Shown: positions 1-11,550, counted from the first letter of the whole stretch. The stretch: 63,508 bases of DNA, filler included, from Reclinomonas americana ATCC 50394 (GCA_048213135.1; 7 parts of 2 records of this genome joined end to end with filler, not necessarily neighbours in it); one strand, 5' to 3'. Numbers and translations: made by a program. Notes: generated from the sequence alone by a model not told the origin.

Positions 1-59
1 AAATATGAGCGACAAGAGCACGCAGGAGCAATGCATCCAAAAAAACACAAAAGACTCAC

Positions 60-730
60 CGCCAAACGGCTCGCCATCACTGCATTAATATGAAAGACAT
101 GCAAAAATGCGTGCACGTGAGACACGTGATGCACAAACAGGGAGGGTCTTGGTGCGACGCAACGGCGGGCTGATGCTGATCACAATCTCGCCAGTCGAGG
201 TCTGGTTGAAGGCCTGGATGGCGCAGTCAATGTTGAAGGTGGTGCCAGCGGGGCCAGACGGCGGGTTGACGTTGATGCTGTTGATGGTCACGCACTGGCC
301 GCTGCAGTCGTGGATCGGGCAGATCGGCAGCAGCTCGCACATGTACTACACCACACCACATAGCGTGTGAGCAATGGAGACGCAAGATTGCAGGAATGCA
401 GCATGCATGCCACACGAAACGATCGGGTCAAGGTCGGCCTCCTCCACAATCTTGATGAACTCGGTGATGCCGACATAGTCGCACAGGAGGTTGCACACGG
501 TGTCCTCCAGCTTGTTCTTCAGCATGCCGCACAGCTCCGAGCAGCCACCGACGACACCAGCCTGCGCATCGCATGCAATATGAGTGCAACGGAAAAAACA
601 TGCAAGCAGCGAGAGAGCATGCAGCACGCAACGTTGAGGATGATGTTGAGCACTGCGCGTGTGCACGGAAAGAGAGTGAACAGTGAGTGCAAGATGATGA
701 GTGGCTCGTCAGCAGCAAACGCGAAACGCA
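60..730 (-). CDS. Countin-like saposin-domain protein, N-terminal/middle exons (5' end missing; contig 1-785 is inverted relative to the last exons)
   Basis: Spliced translation LLNIILN|AGVVGGCSELCGMLKNKLEDTVCNLLCDYVGITEFIKIVEEADLDPI|YMCELLPICPIHDC...GEIVISISP|PDGEPFG shows the saposin Cys pattern typical of Dictyostelium countin. Confidence 0.75.
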
Positions 731-822
731 CTGCGGAGGGGAAGAGAGAGAGAGAGGAGGGGGTGAGCATTGCGCATAACGGACTNNNNNNNNNNNNNNN
801 NNNNNCCCTGTCTTGTGTGCAG

Positions 823-1092
823 ATGGTGAGCTCGTCCCGAAGGGCTTCCAGCCGGGCAACTACAACGTGCGCTTCCAGCTGCAGGCTGAGCCCAACGAGC
901 AGGAGGTGTGTCTCGTATGCATCATCATGCCTCTCTCCATCATTCTCCTCACGCCTTTGTTGCGCTTGACAGCCGTTCGGCCCGGGCACCTACAAGGTCC
1001 AGCTGGCCGTGTGCGAGGGCGAGTGCGGCAGCAAGCACCCCCACTCTGCTGTGTACGACGTCAAGACCGCCACTTTCCAGATCACTCGCTAA
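823..1092 (+). CDS. C-terminal two exons (823-905, 973-1092) of the countin-like protein
   Basis: DGELVPKGFQPGNYNVRFQLQAEPNEQE|PFGPGTYKVQLAVCEGECGSKHPHSAVYD...ITR* contains the countin C-terminal CEGECGSKHPHS motif. Intron phase matches the minus-strand exon 60-79. Confidence 0.75.
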
Positions 1093-1261
1093 GCCGTGTG
1101 ATGCACGCTCCGCTCCCCGTGTGCGGTGTCTTTGCTTCCCTTCTTTTGGCCAATATGAGCTCCGCACGAGCGTCCGCTTTTCCCGTGTTTGCTGGTCAAA
1201 TCTAGTGAACTGCGAAGGCACTCTTGTGTGTGGGCAACGCAGACAGCAGCATTCCTGTTCA

Positions 1262-1982
1262 TTACTGGCTGTCCTTGCGCTGCTGCTGCTGTCGCTCGGG
1301 GAGCACGGCCGCCAACAGGTCGAGCACGCCAATGACGCCATCGACAATGGTGATGGGCCACAGCAGGCGGTTCGGGTGCCACCGCACCATCGGCTCGCCG
1401 AATGTCACGAGCATGTCGCCGGCAAACTGGCTCAGGTTGGCGCTGTGTGGTGCACACAGAGTACAGTAAGAGTGACAAGCACAGGGCATGCGAGCGAGGG
1501 GGACGAGACAAACGCAACACGGCAAGCACGAACAGGTCCGAGCGAGGTCGGCGCAGAGCCATCTCGCGCTCCGCCAGTGTTGTCTCCGACACGCGTGTGC
1601 CCTGCACAAGCAGACACCCGTGCAGACCGTGTGTGTGTGAGAGAGAGCGAGGGTGGGGAAGAGGACTGAGAGAGAGACCTTGGCCGGCACCACCAGTCGC
1701 GACTGCATGATGGCGCGAATGCGACGCACCAGTGCAATGACCGACAGAGCCACCATTGACAAGTTCTGTGGAGAAAGACGAGGTGTGAGAGTGGTGTCTG
1801 CGACACGAGAAGCAGGCAGCGAGAACCATCAAGCCGAGAAATCTCAGCACGTCGGTGGAGACCAGCGACACGGGCCTCTCGCGAGTCAGCTTGAGTGCCA
1901 GTCCGCGGCCGTTGAAGAAGAAGTACTTGAATGCCATGGCGTGCCACACGGCGTTGCCGGCCAGCAGCACGCTCGTCAGCAT
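1262..1982 (-). CDS. Hypothetical small multi-pass membrane protein (spliced)
   Basis: ATG at 1982 and TAA at 1262. Hydrophobic segments MLTSVLLAGNAVWHAMAFKYFFF, SMVALSVIALV and WPITIVDGVIGVLDLLAAVL. Confidence 0.5.
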
Positions 1983-2089
1983 TGGCGCTGCGGAGGAGAA
2001 AAAGAGAACTCAACTCCGACGGAATAACAGAGCTTGTCGTTTTCATGCAACACAAGAGTTCATTGATTGAGAACGATAAACAAAGAGGG

Positions 2090-5000
2090 TCATGCGGGTC
2101 CGCACCAGGCGTCGAGCGACAGGGTCGGAGGACCACGGGGTGCGGCCAAACAATCTGCGCCAGTGTAAGCAGCGAGACTGAACACGCTGCGATTGCACCT
2201 ATGAGACATACCGGCGGCCCATTCAAACTTTTGCAGCTCGTCCAGGATGCGACGAAGCAGCTCGGCGGCTCCGTTCAGGTAGCCCTCACCGAACGCCACC
2301 TGCAGAGCACAGGCAAGGGTCAGCCATGCTGCGAAGAGGACAGAGTAAAAAGCAAATAACCTGAATCGGATCCTGAATGTTGAGGTAGCACGGCGTGCGC
2401 TGATCGCCGACGGAGATGCCAAAGTCACTGCAGAGTGCGTGTAAGCTATCGCCCACTCAGCTCACTCAGACCATGCGTCCACCACACACGTACCGGACCC
2501 AAAAGTACAAATTGTGCACCGTCCACAAGTACGTGAACTGCGCATGCGTATTCACAGCAGTCAGCTCAGTCCACTCGCACTTCCTTCCAACCCCGCCCAC
2601 GTGCACGCACCTCATACACCGTGGGATTGGGCATCCAAGAGGCAATGTAGGCTGGCGAGAAGCCATATTGTGCCTCTCGTGCGACGACAATGCTCTGCGC
2701 CGACCGGGTGGCGTTGCAAGCCGCCGCCACTTGCGCATCGAGCCACGATTTGGTCTGATTGTGAATGCCGGCAGAGTAGCGGTACAGCGACAGCACTGCA
2801 CCGCACATCAGAAGGACAACACGTCAGCTTCCTGTGAGCAGCAGCAGCGCCCGTGCCTACTCGCCTTGTCGTGAACGCTTGGCTGTGACGCCCACCACAT
2901 CGGCCCACTCGCGCATGAATGGCGCACCGACAACGGGCTCACACTGGCTGGCCAGACTGCGCAGCGTGGCCTCATTGGCCTCGAATGCACTGGTCATGGA
3001 GGCCAGCAGTGGATCGACATGCTCCCAGTACTCTTGCAGATCGGCAGCTGCACAGACACACACACACCCGTGAATCACTCTGCATCGTCGGGTGACGAAA
3101 AAACTGCAACTTGGCTTTACCGTTTCCGGCTCGCACGCCATACATGGATAGGCGAGACGGCTGCACGGCGGCAAAGTGGAAATAGTCGCTAATGTCACTA
3201 AAGGTGTCTGTGTGCGCAAGCGACAAGTAAAGTCAGAAGCGAGCAGAGAACAATGGAGAATTCAGCAAGCAGCAGCGCACCCCAGCCGGCCACATATCCC
3301 ATGCCATTGTGTCGCACAATATCCCCAGGCATCCGACCGTTGACCTTGCCGTAAATGAGATAGTCGCTCTCATTCTGCATAACGGAAGTGATGGCCTGTG
3401 CAGCGACGGTCAGCACACTTTCCCACAATCCATCGATCCAACGACACTCACCGAGGCGGCCGCAGACTGCACCGACTGACCAAACACCGCCGAGTACCAC
3501 GAGACGAGCTGCGGTGTGGTCAGAGTCGCGTCCCACACAGCCCAGCCAGCAGCCACATCGTGGAACGGGTACATCCACTCAAAGCCGGAGGCGAAAATCA
3601 GCTGGCCGCGCACATTCGGCTGCGCCTGTGTGCGTGCGTGGACCAGTTGAATGTCACGAATGCGTCGATCGGCATACACTGCCAGGCCGAGTGGCACGGT
3701 GATGTCTGTAGTGAATGCAGAAAGAGTCCGTGAGTGAGAGAGCGAGAGGAAGAGAGACTGCTTCACTAAAGGCGAACCATAGTCGACCCAGTACGCCACT
3801 GTCAATTGTTCAGTTAGTCTCACGGCAAAAAAGAGCAACAACAAAGGACTGGCGTGCGCTCTCACCTTCTGGGTGCCAGATGGTCTCGCGGAACTGCGAT
3901 TCGTACACCAGGAAGTCGAACATCTCCGTAAAGTTCTTGTTGCCGTACACTGGTGCCGGATCGTCGAGGGAGTAGCTGTGCGCCATGATAATGGTGCAAG
4001 TCAGTATAATCTATTGGCATGAGAGCAAGCACAATGCATGTGTTCCACGCAACACTTCCACAGTGTGCACCAAAATGCCGAGACCTGCAGTCGAAACATT
4101 ATCACCATTGATGATCACAATTGAGAGAAGCCAAAACCACGCAACGGCGGTCGCAGTAGTGTGGCAAGTAGTTGTAATTCAGCGGCTGACCTGTGCGTGG
4201 GTCGACATAACCCTTTGCAGTTTGTCCGGCAGAGCAGTGCACTGGATGTAACAGTGAGGAGCAATCACACACACACACCAGTGACGCACAAGCAGACCTT
4301 TGCTGTACATGGTGCGCTTGTACTTGCTGGCGAGCTGGTCCACTGCTGCATCCACCATGGCCACCATGTCCTGCACAGAAGCAAGTGATGAGTGCTCCGA
4401 CGCCTTCCCCCTCGCAACATGATCGTGAGAGCACATGCCTTGGGCGATGAGTGCGTGAATTCCGACGAACCAAGCTGTGACGCTCATCAAGTCAATCCAC
4501 ACTGCTCTGCTGCTGTAGTTATCAAACACACCACTACGCTACCTCGGTGGCCATAAAGTCAAACCCGGCCTGCATCACATAATCGACGCTTTTGCGGACC
4601 GACTGCAGACGCTCGGCGAGCGTGAGTCCGCCAGTCATTAGACGGAATGCATTCTGCTGCTCCAGTGCTGTGCACGTCACAAAGGGAGAATGAGCATGCA
4701 GTACACACTCTCCTCCCTCCTCCCTGTGCACTGCGCAACAAACCAATCGGGCAGTCGACTCCAATCATCAGTCCCCACTCGTGTGCAATCTGCACAATCT
4801 CACCGATGCGTTGCTGCAGTGCGCACGGCAACGATGAGTTTCACGAAGCCAAACGCCTAATGCATATCACTAGGGACAGCGACGCAACAATGCGCTGCTG
4901 ACTGCGTGCATACTCCTTCCAGTCGCCGCCCTCCAGCAGCTCAAACTCGAAGCGATTCTGTCGCAAAATCACCAACCACTCCAAGAAGCGCTCGTATGCC

Positions 5001-5902
5001 TGTGCGCGCGCACACACAGACACACTTGGTAAGCACGTGCACCTCATTGCGAGGCACTTTGGCGCTCCACTGTCGCACCCACTGCGATTCACGCCACGAC
5101 GCCTCGTCTTGCTTCAGTGCTTGCCCGAATCCCTGAAACCACGGCGTCAGCTCCAGCGGATGCTGCGTGTGATAGTGCCACTGCGCACACACAAGGATGC
5201 AAGGCGTCAATCCACCCGCACACCGACCGAGAGATCATGCACGAGAGACGCAACAGCGCGAAACTCGTACGACGCGCCGACAGCCTTCACCGTCGAGCTC
5301 ACACACTGCCGCTGCGCGATGCTCGCCGAAGCCACCGCCGGTGCCACCACTGGATCACGCAGCGGGTGCAACCAGCGCACACCAAACACCTCCTGCAGCG
5401 CCTGATACACGCCATACACCACTCCATTGTTGTTGACGAAATCACCGTCGTCGGCAGGGAGGGGCGACGCATGACGCGACCGCTCATCAGGATCCAGCAC
5501 GTACACACCAGGCCGACCTCGCACCGCCACCACCGACACCGTCGACGCACTGGCATCACACGCCACACGATACATGTATCCCTCCGGTTGCACCGACGAC
5601 AGCAGCTCCGCATCCGGGATGCGACTCACGGCCACAGCAGCATTGCCGACACTGAGCACCACACTTCCAGGCGGCAACGTGGCAACTGCTACATTCACAC
5701 TCGCATCGACCTCCGACGGTGTGAGCTGATAGAATGCCGGCACCACTCCCGCACTCTGCACCACATAGTCGCGCACTCGTGCTGCCACTCGTGCCGGAAC
5801 ATCACTCCCAAATTGCACCACGAGCTGCGCACTGGGACTCGCGCTGACTGTGGCCGCGAGGGCGACAACGAGGACGAGCACAGCGCACACGAGAATGCGC
5901 AT
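2090..5902 (-). CDS. Large secreted uncharacterised protein, possibly glycoside-hydrolase-like
   Basis: Signal peptide MRILVCAVLVLVVALAATVSA. In-phase GT/GC-AG exons give YGVYQALQEVFGVRWLHP, WHYHTQHPLEL, HEWGLMIGVDCPI, ATELGSSEFTH, VHCSAGQ, HTVEVYSLDDPAPVYGN, WHPEVAYWVDYDITVPL, GQLIFASGFEW, YLWTVHNLYFWVR and PCYLNIQDP. Confidence 0.65.
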
Positions 5903-5965
5903 GGTGACAGTGGTTGGACAGTTGCTGCACCGCGAGCCACCGGCATCTGTCCTCTTATCACAATC

Positions 5966-7471
5966 ATGTCAAGCGCCGCCGCAGCCACGACCACGGTGCT
6001 TGCCGCCGACAGCGCACCACTGAGGGAAGTGGTGATCGATGGCTTGGTTCGTCGTGGCAGCGAGAGGAAGGAGGGAGGGGGGCGCGAGGCATGAGCGGGC
6101 ATGTGTGTGCTCATGGTCTGTGGTGTCGTGTGCGCGCACAGGTGCTGTTCAAGATGCTGAAGCACGGGCAAGACTCGCTGCCGGAGGAGGTGACGGGTCA
6201 GTTGCTGGGATTGGACTTTGATGGATCACTGGAGGTCTCGCATTGCTTCCCTACACCGCGTGCGCGTGAGGATGATGGTGAGGAGCGCGCACTACCTTCT
6301 GGGTGCAGGCAGTAGAGAGACAGAGACAGAGAGGGCGTTGTGTGAGAGGAAAAAGTGAGCCCCTATTTTTGGGGACATGTCCATGCCCTGACTCGCTTTC
6401 TGTCTCTTTTCTCGTCAGGCGATGGCGTGTCGGCCGATGAGGAGACTGCGTATCCGTTCACGATGCAGAAGCTGCTGCGCGACTGCAATGTCGATGCCAA
6501 CACTGTGGGATGGTGGACCACATAGTTTCGTCTTGCAAAGTTCGATTCAAACTCTCTCGTTCTTTCGTCGTCGTTGACACTCGTACGTGCAGCTCAAGGT
6601 CGTTCACGTCGGGAGTGCTGCTGGAGACGCAGTACACGTACCAGAAGGAGCTGGGATCGCGATGTGTGTGCATTGTGCTGGATCCGCTGAAGACGCTGCA
6701 GGGCGTGTTGTCTGTCAAGGCGCTCCGATTGACACCCAAGTTCATGGAGGTCTCTCGTCTCCTCGCCATGCGTCTCTCTCAGCGCCGTGCTCACGCGGTG
6801 GGTGCATGGCGTCTCGCAGATGTACGCCAAGAAGGGTGAGAGCTTTGCACGAGGCAGCGCTCTGTCGGCCTCGAATGTGTTCAAGGAGCTGCCGGTGCGC
6901 ATCAAGAACGGCGCCATGCTGCGCGCGCTCATCTTGGAGTTGGGTCTGAAGAGGGATCGTGCGGCTGCGGCTTCTCGCTGGGCTGCCTCGACGACACCAC
7001 GGACGGCGAGCGCATTCGCACCGGCCGCTGTCACCGACTCGTATCTGACTCGCAATCTGGAGTTCCTCATGGAGGCCTCGGAGGAGTTGGTGAACGAGCA
7101 GGATCGGTACCACCGGTACCTCAAGCGATTCAACGACCAGCAGAACCGACGGACACAACAGTTGCAGCAGCTGGTGCGTGGCTCGATTGATCATCATTCC
7201 CTGTTGTCGAGTCGCGCGTCTCACGCGTTGTTGGTGGCATGCACAGCGCGCCGAAAACGAAGCACGTCGCGAGCAAGGTCAGGAGTTGCTGCCGGAGCCA
7301 GGCGAGGATGATGCGAGCACCGGCCAGCGTGCTGCCGTGCACCCCAATCGTCTCGAGTCGGTGATTGTCAGCTCACAAGTGTCAACGCTGTCATCGCGGC
7401 TCACGGAGTTTGCCGATTCGGCATTCTCGCGGCTGTTCATCACCGAAGGGCTGCAGCGATCAGTAGAGTAG
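5966..7471 (+). CDS. EIF3H: Translation initiation factor 3 subunit H (MPN domain)
   Basis: EVVIDGL|VLFKMLKH...VTGQLLGLD..GSLEVSHCFP...LRDCNVDANTVGW...LLETQYTYQ...VCIVLDP.KTLQGVLSVKALRLTPKFM...FKELPVRIKN...ENEARREQG.ELLPE...NRLES, in 6 exons. Confidence 0.9.
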
Positions 7472-7570
7472 GATTATTATTGTGTTCACGCACGCGCACG
7501 CAAGTGAAGTGATGGATGCCCATGAACTTCGTCGCTGCGAGACAGAGTTGTCCCGACAGCGATTTTATCA

Positions 7571-9519
7571 ATGGCGACGACACGCACAGGCTGCGTGGTT
7601 CGACTGCACGAGTACTCATCACCGCATGTCGGGCGAGGCATTCACGTAGAAGAGGGAGTCGAGTTCCCCGTGCCCACGGGCACACAGGCAAGTGACGCAT
7701 GTGCATGCATTCTCTCTTGCTGTTGTCAGTCTCACACGCTTGCAGATCCTCGTGCGCATGCACTACGCCGCGATCAACCCGAGCGACCTGAACGTCATCG
7801 AGGGCAAGTATTTGGTGCAGCCCAAGTCACTGCCGAGCTCCATTGGTGCGTGGCTGTGGTGAAAAGCTCCGAGAGAGAGAGAGGGATGGGGAAGAATGAC
7901 AGGAACGACGACTGTGTGCAGGCTTTGAGGGATCGGGAGTGGTGGAGGCGGTGGGAGAGCTGGTGGAGGGGGGCGAGACGCTCATTGGCAAGCCAGTAGC
8001 GGTCCGCGCTGTTACCTCAGCGGGAGACTGGCGCGGCACGTGGGCCGACTATGTGTTGACCGAGAACGCCGGCAGTCTGCTTCCGCTTCCTGGTGCGTGT
8101 GCAGCTCAGCGGCCCCACGCGCATCAGTCACCCATGTTCACGTTGCTCGTGTTGCTACAGACGGGGCTCCATTAGCGCAGGCGGCCATGATGCAGATCAA
8201 TCCGCCGACGGCGTACGGCAGTGCGTACTCGTCACGACACTCCCCTCTGCTAACAAGGCAGCTGACTTTTCGCGTGTCTTGCGCAGTGGTGATGGACATG
8301 GTGGCCCTGAACCGCGGCGACGTGATTATTCAAAACGCAGGTGAGTGCCAGCGTTGTCGCACTGCCTCGTGTGCCGCGCTCAGCCTGTGTGTTCGCAGCC
8401 AACTCGGGAGTCGGTCGTGCCGTCATGTACATTGCTTCCAAGTTTGGTTTCCGCACCATCAACATTGTACGCCGCGACGACTCGGCCACTGAGCTGCGAC
8501 AGCTCGACATTGCCGATGCCGTGGTCATCTCGGAGGAGGAGCTGGCGGCAGGTGCAAGACCGCGAGTTGTTCCTTACTCGCATGCCCACGCCTCACTTTG
8601 ACAAACCTGTACAGCGGGCCTGACCGTGGTCGACGCCGTGTGCAAGTTGAAAGACATGGAGCCGATTCGACTGGCCCTCAACGGTGTCGGCGGTGAGAGC
8701 GCCAAGAACCTGGCCAAGTGCCTCGCCACAGTTGCGCGCCTCTCTCTCTCTCTCNNNNNNNNNNNNNNNNNNNNNNNNNNNNNNNNNNNNNNNNNNNNNN
8801 NNNNNNNNNNNNNNNNNNNNNNNNNNNNNNNNNNNNNNNNNNNNNNNNNNNNNNNNNNNNNNNNNNNNNNNNNNNNNNNNNNNNNNNNNNNNNNNNNNNN
8901 NNNNNNNNNNNNNNNNNNNNNNNNNNNNNNNNNNNNNNNNNNNNNNNNNNNNNNNNNNNNNNNNNNNNNNNNNNNNNNNNNNNNNNNNNNNNNNNNNNNN
9001 NNNNNNNNNNNNNNNNNNNNNNNNNNNNNNNNNNNNNNNNNNNNNNNNNNNNNNNNNNNNNNNNNNNNNNNNNNNNNNNNNNNNNNNNNNNNNNNNNNNN
9101 NNNNNNNNNNNNNNNNNNNNNNNNNNNNNNNNNNNNNNNNNNNNNNNNNNNNNNNNNNNNNNNNNNNNNNNNNNNNNNNNNNNNNNNNNNNNNNNNNNNN
9201 NNNNNNNNNNNNNNNNNNNNNNNNNNNNNNNNNNNNNNNNNNNNNNNNNNNNNNNNNNNNNNNNNNNNNNNNNNNNNNNNNNNNNNNNNNNNNNNNNNNN
9301 NNNNNNNNNNNNNNNNNNNNNNNNNNNNNNNNNNNNNNNNNNNNNNNNNNNNNNNNNNNNNNNNNNNNNNNNNNNNNNNNNNNNNNNNNNNNNNNNNACG
9401 GTACGGTACGGTACGTACGTACGTACGTACGACGACGTACGTACGACGTACGACGTCGACGCGCGCGCGCGCGCGACGACGACGACGACGACGACGTCGT
9501 CGTCGTCGTCGTCGTCGTC

Positions 9520-9589
<70 letters not shown>

Positions 9590-9918
9590 ACCTCACGCGA
9601 CCTCACTCTAATCATTAGGGTGGCGTGCATGTGACGTATGGCGCCATGGCGAGGGAGCCACTCTCCATCGCCAACAGTCTCCTGATCTTCAAGGCACTCA
9701 CATTCCGCGGTTTCCACCTCGACATGTGGAAGCGAACCAAGAGTGTGGAGGAGCTGGCACAAATGTGGGATACGGTGACGGAGATGATTGTCGATGGCCA
9801 GCTCCACATTCCCGTCGACACCACGTACACACTGCACAAGTGCTCGGAGGCTGTCGATCACGCATATGGCGTCCCGCGCAACGGCAAGATTCTCTTCTCC
9901 ATGCAAGCCGAGCAGTGA
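7571..9918 (+). CDS. MECR: MDR-family trans-2-enoyl-ACP/CoA reductase (MECR/Etr1-like); one intron spans an N gap
   Basis: AAINPSDLNVIEGKY, GFEGSGVVEAVG, GTWADY, INPPTAYGM, GDVIIQNAANSGVGRAV, RTINIVRR, RLALNGVGGESA, VTYGAMAREP, LIFKALTFRGF. Confidence 0.85.
9521..9586. repeat. (CT)n microsatellite
   Basis: Direct reading; it lies in a MECR intron. Confidence 0.9.
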
Positions 9919-10019
9919 AATGCAACAAGCAAACAACAACATGCGTGCACAAGGCTTCTTCACCCAACAACGGCGTGAGGGGCGAGTAGTGGGGGGAGAG
10001 AACGACAGAGGGAAGTCTC

Positions 10020-11550
10020 TCAGTTGCTGGCCTGCAGCTTGCGCAGGCTCTCCTCGAAGCGGCCAGCGTGCGACTTTTCGGCACGAGCCAGCGTCTCGAA
10101 CCACTCTGCGCACCGCAACCGCAGGTGTCAGTGTATGTGTGTACTGCAACAACAACAACCAAGCGCCAGAGACGCACCTGCAACGTCATTCAGGTTCTCC
10201 TCGCGGGCCGTGGCAGCCATCGAGGGGTACATGCTGGTGTATTCGTGAGTCTCGCCGGAGATCGCGGCCTTCAGCTGGCTCGCCACCGTGTCCTGCGCGA
10301 CGGTGGAGGAGTGAGCGAGAGGTGAGAGAGTGTGGAGAGGAGGAGTGATTGAGGAGGCAAGACCATCGGCAGGTTCGTGGCCGGATCGGCTTCGCAAAAC
10401 TGCAGCGAGACGAAAGACAAGAGGTCAGCTCCCCACTGCCACACGAGTGGCCACACACACTGCACACACACCTCCAACAAGCCCATGGCATGCGACGTTT
10501 CTCCCTGGGCAATGCCTGTACACAACACACAATCAGTCATGCATCACTACATCACATCGCGCGTATTTCATCGCAACTGCGGAAGAGGTTGGCGATCTCC
10601 GGAAGGCCTGTGCACGCACGTGTGTCAGCCATGCACACACGGAGAGGGTTTCTCTCTCTCTCTCTCTCTCTCACCTTCCACGTCAGCCTGCTGCGCAAAG
10701 TACAGGTAGCGGCTGCAGGAAAGAGACGAATGTGAGTAAGAGCGCGCGCAAACACACACGCGTACATGCAAGTGCGAGGGAGTGCACGGCCTCACCGACT
10801 GCAGAACAACAACAGAGGCGAGTGAGTGCATGAGCAGCGAAGACAACTTGACTGGGATCAATGCACGCAACTTGGCCTGTGACGAGCTCGACACCGCAAG
10901 CTGCACGAATGCGCACACACGTGCACATGGACACACACAGAGAGCACATATGAGCAACGAGCAAGAGAGAAACACGCGGAGTCAGCAGCGGAGTGACATC
11001 AAACATGTGAATCAGTGCATGAGAGAGAGAGAGAGAGTGAAGGTGTACACATGCATATGTGAGAGTGTGCATGCGACAAGAAGCAGTGTGTGTGTGAGAG
11101 AGAGGGTGCGAGTGTGTAAGCAAGCCATGGCCACTTGACGCGTGACGCATGCAGGTGTGCACGCCAGTCGATGCAGGCAAGAGACAGAGAGAGCGTGTAA
11201 CTCGCAGCAACAAGTGCTGCGCGAGAGGGGGGAGAAAGAGAGAGAGAGAGAGTGTGTGTGTGAGAGAGAGGGTGCGAGTGTGTAAGCAAGCCATGGCCAC
11301 TTGACGCGTGACGCATGCAGGTGTGCACGCCAGTCGATGCAGGCAAGAGACAGAGAGGGAGGAGAGGTGTAACTCGCAGCAACGAGTGCTGCGCGAGAGG
11401 GAGGAGAAAGAGAGAGAGGGAGGGAGAGAGAAGATGCCGCACCCTCAAGTTCTCGTCAGTGGCACTGGCGAACGAGCGCACGGCCACACGGCCGACAGTG
11501 CTCACAGAGCACACTGTGCGCGGGGTGCAGAGGCGGGCAAGACCAAACAT
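10020..11550 (-). CDS. rbr: Short-chain rubrerythrin (no rubredoxin domain) with a mitochondrial-type presequence; 9 exons
   Basis: MFGLARLCTPRTVCSVSTVGRVAVRSFASATDENLR|LAVSSSSQAN|R|RYLYFAQQADVEG|LPEIANLFRS|IAQGETSHAMGLLE|FCEADPATNLPM|DTVASQLKAAISGETHEYTSMYPSMAATAREENLNDVA|EWFETLARAEKSHAGRF. The GETxHA, GETHEY.MYP and AExSHA motifs match bacterial rubrerythrin. Confidence 0.9.
11086..11420. repeat. Two-copy ~170-nt tandem duplication inside rubrerythrin intron 1
   Basis: GGGTGCGAGTGTGTAAGCAAGCCATGGCCACTTGACGCGTGACGCATGCAGGTGTGCACGCCAGTCGATGCAGGCAAGAGACAGAGA occurs at ~11104 and again at ~11270. Confidence 0.9.

Noticed and set aside
6511-6595. Apparent in-frame TAG in eIF3h suggesting stop-codon reassignment
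   Set aside because: It is resolved by an intron (TA|gtttcg...gcag|C gives Tyr). TAA, TAG and TGA all terminate genes in this window, so the standard code fits.
9399-9520. Odd TACG/GAC/GTC quasi-palindromic repeat
   Set aside because: It sits at a contig edge beside a gap and resembles low-quality pyrosequencing flow-order (TACG) noise.
8593-10158. Long ORFs in the supplied track that run through N gaps or lie antisense to real genes (for example 8593-10158, 36023-37126, 5117-6094)
   Set aside because: These are artefacts of N translation and of GC-rich antisense frames, with no independent protein motifs.
10788-10798. TC GGT GAG GCC as a scrambled exon supplying the missing 'GE' of rubrerythrin
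   Set aside because: It lies downstream of the SQAN exon and would create a stop if spliced in order. The 3-nt micro-exon reading explains the site without exon scrambling.
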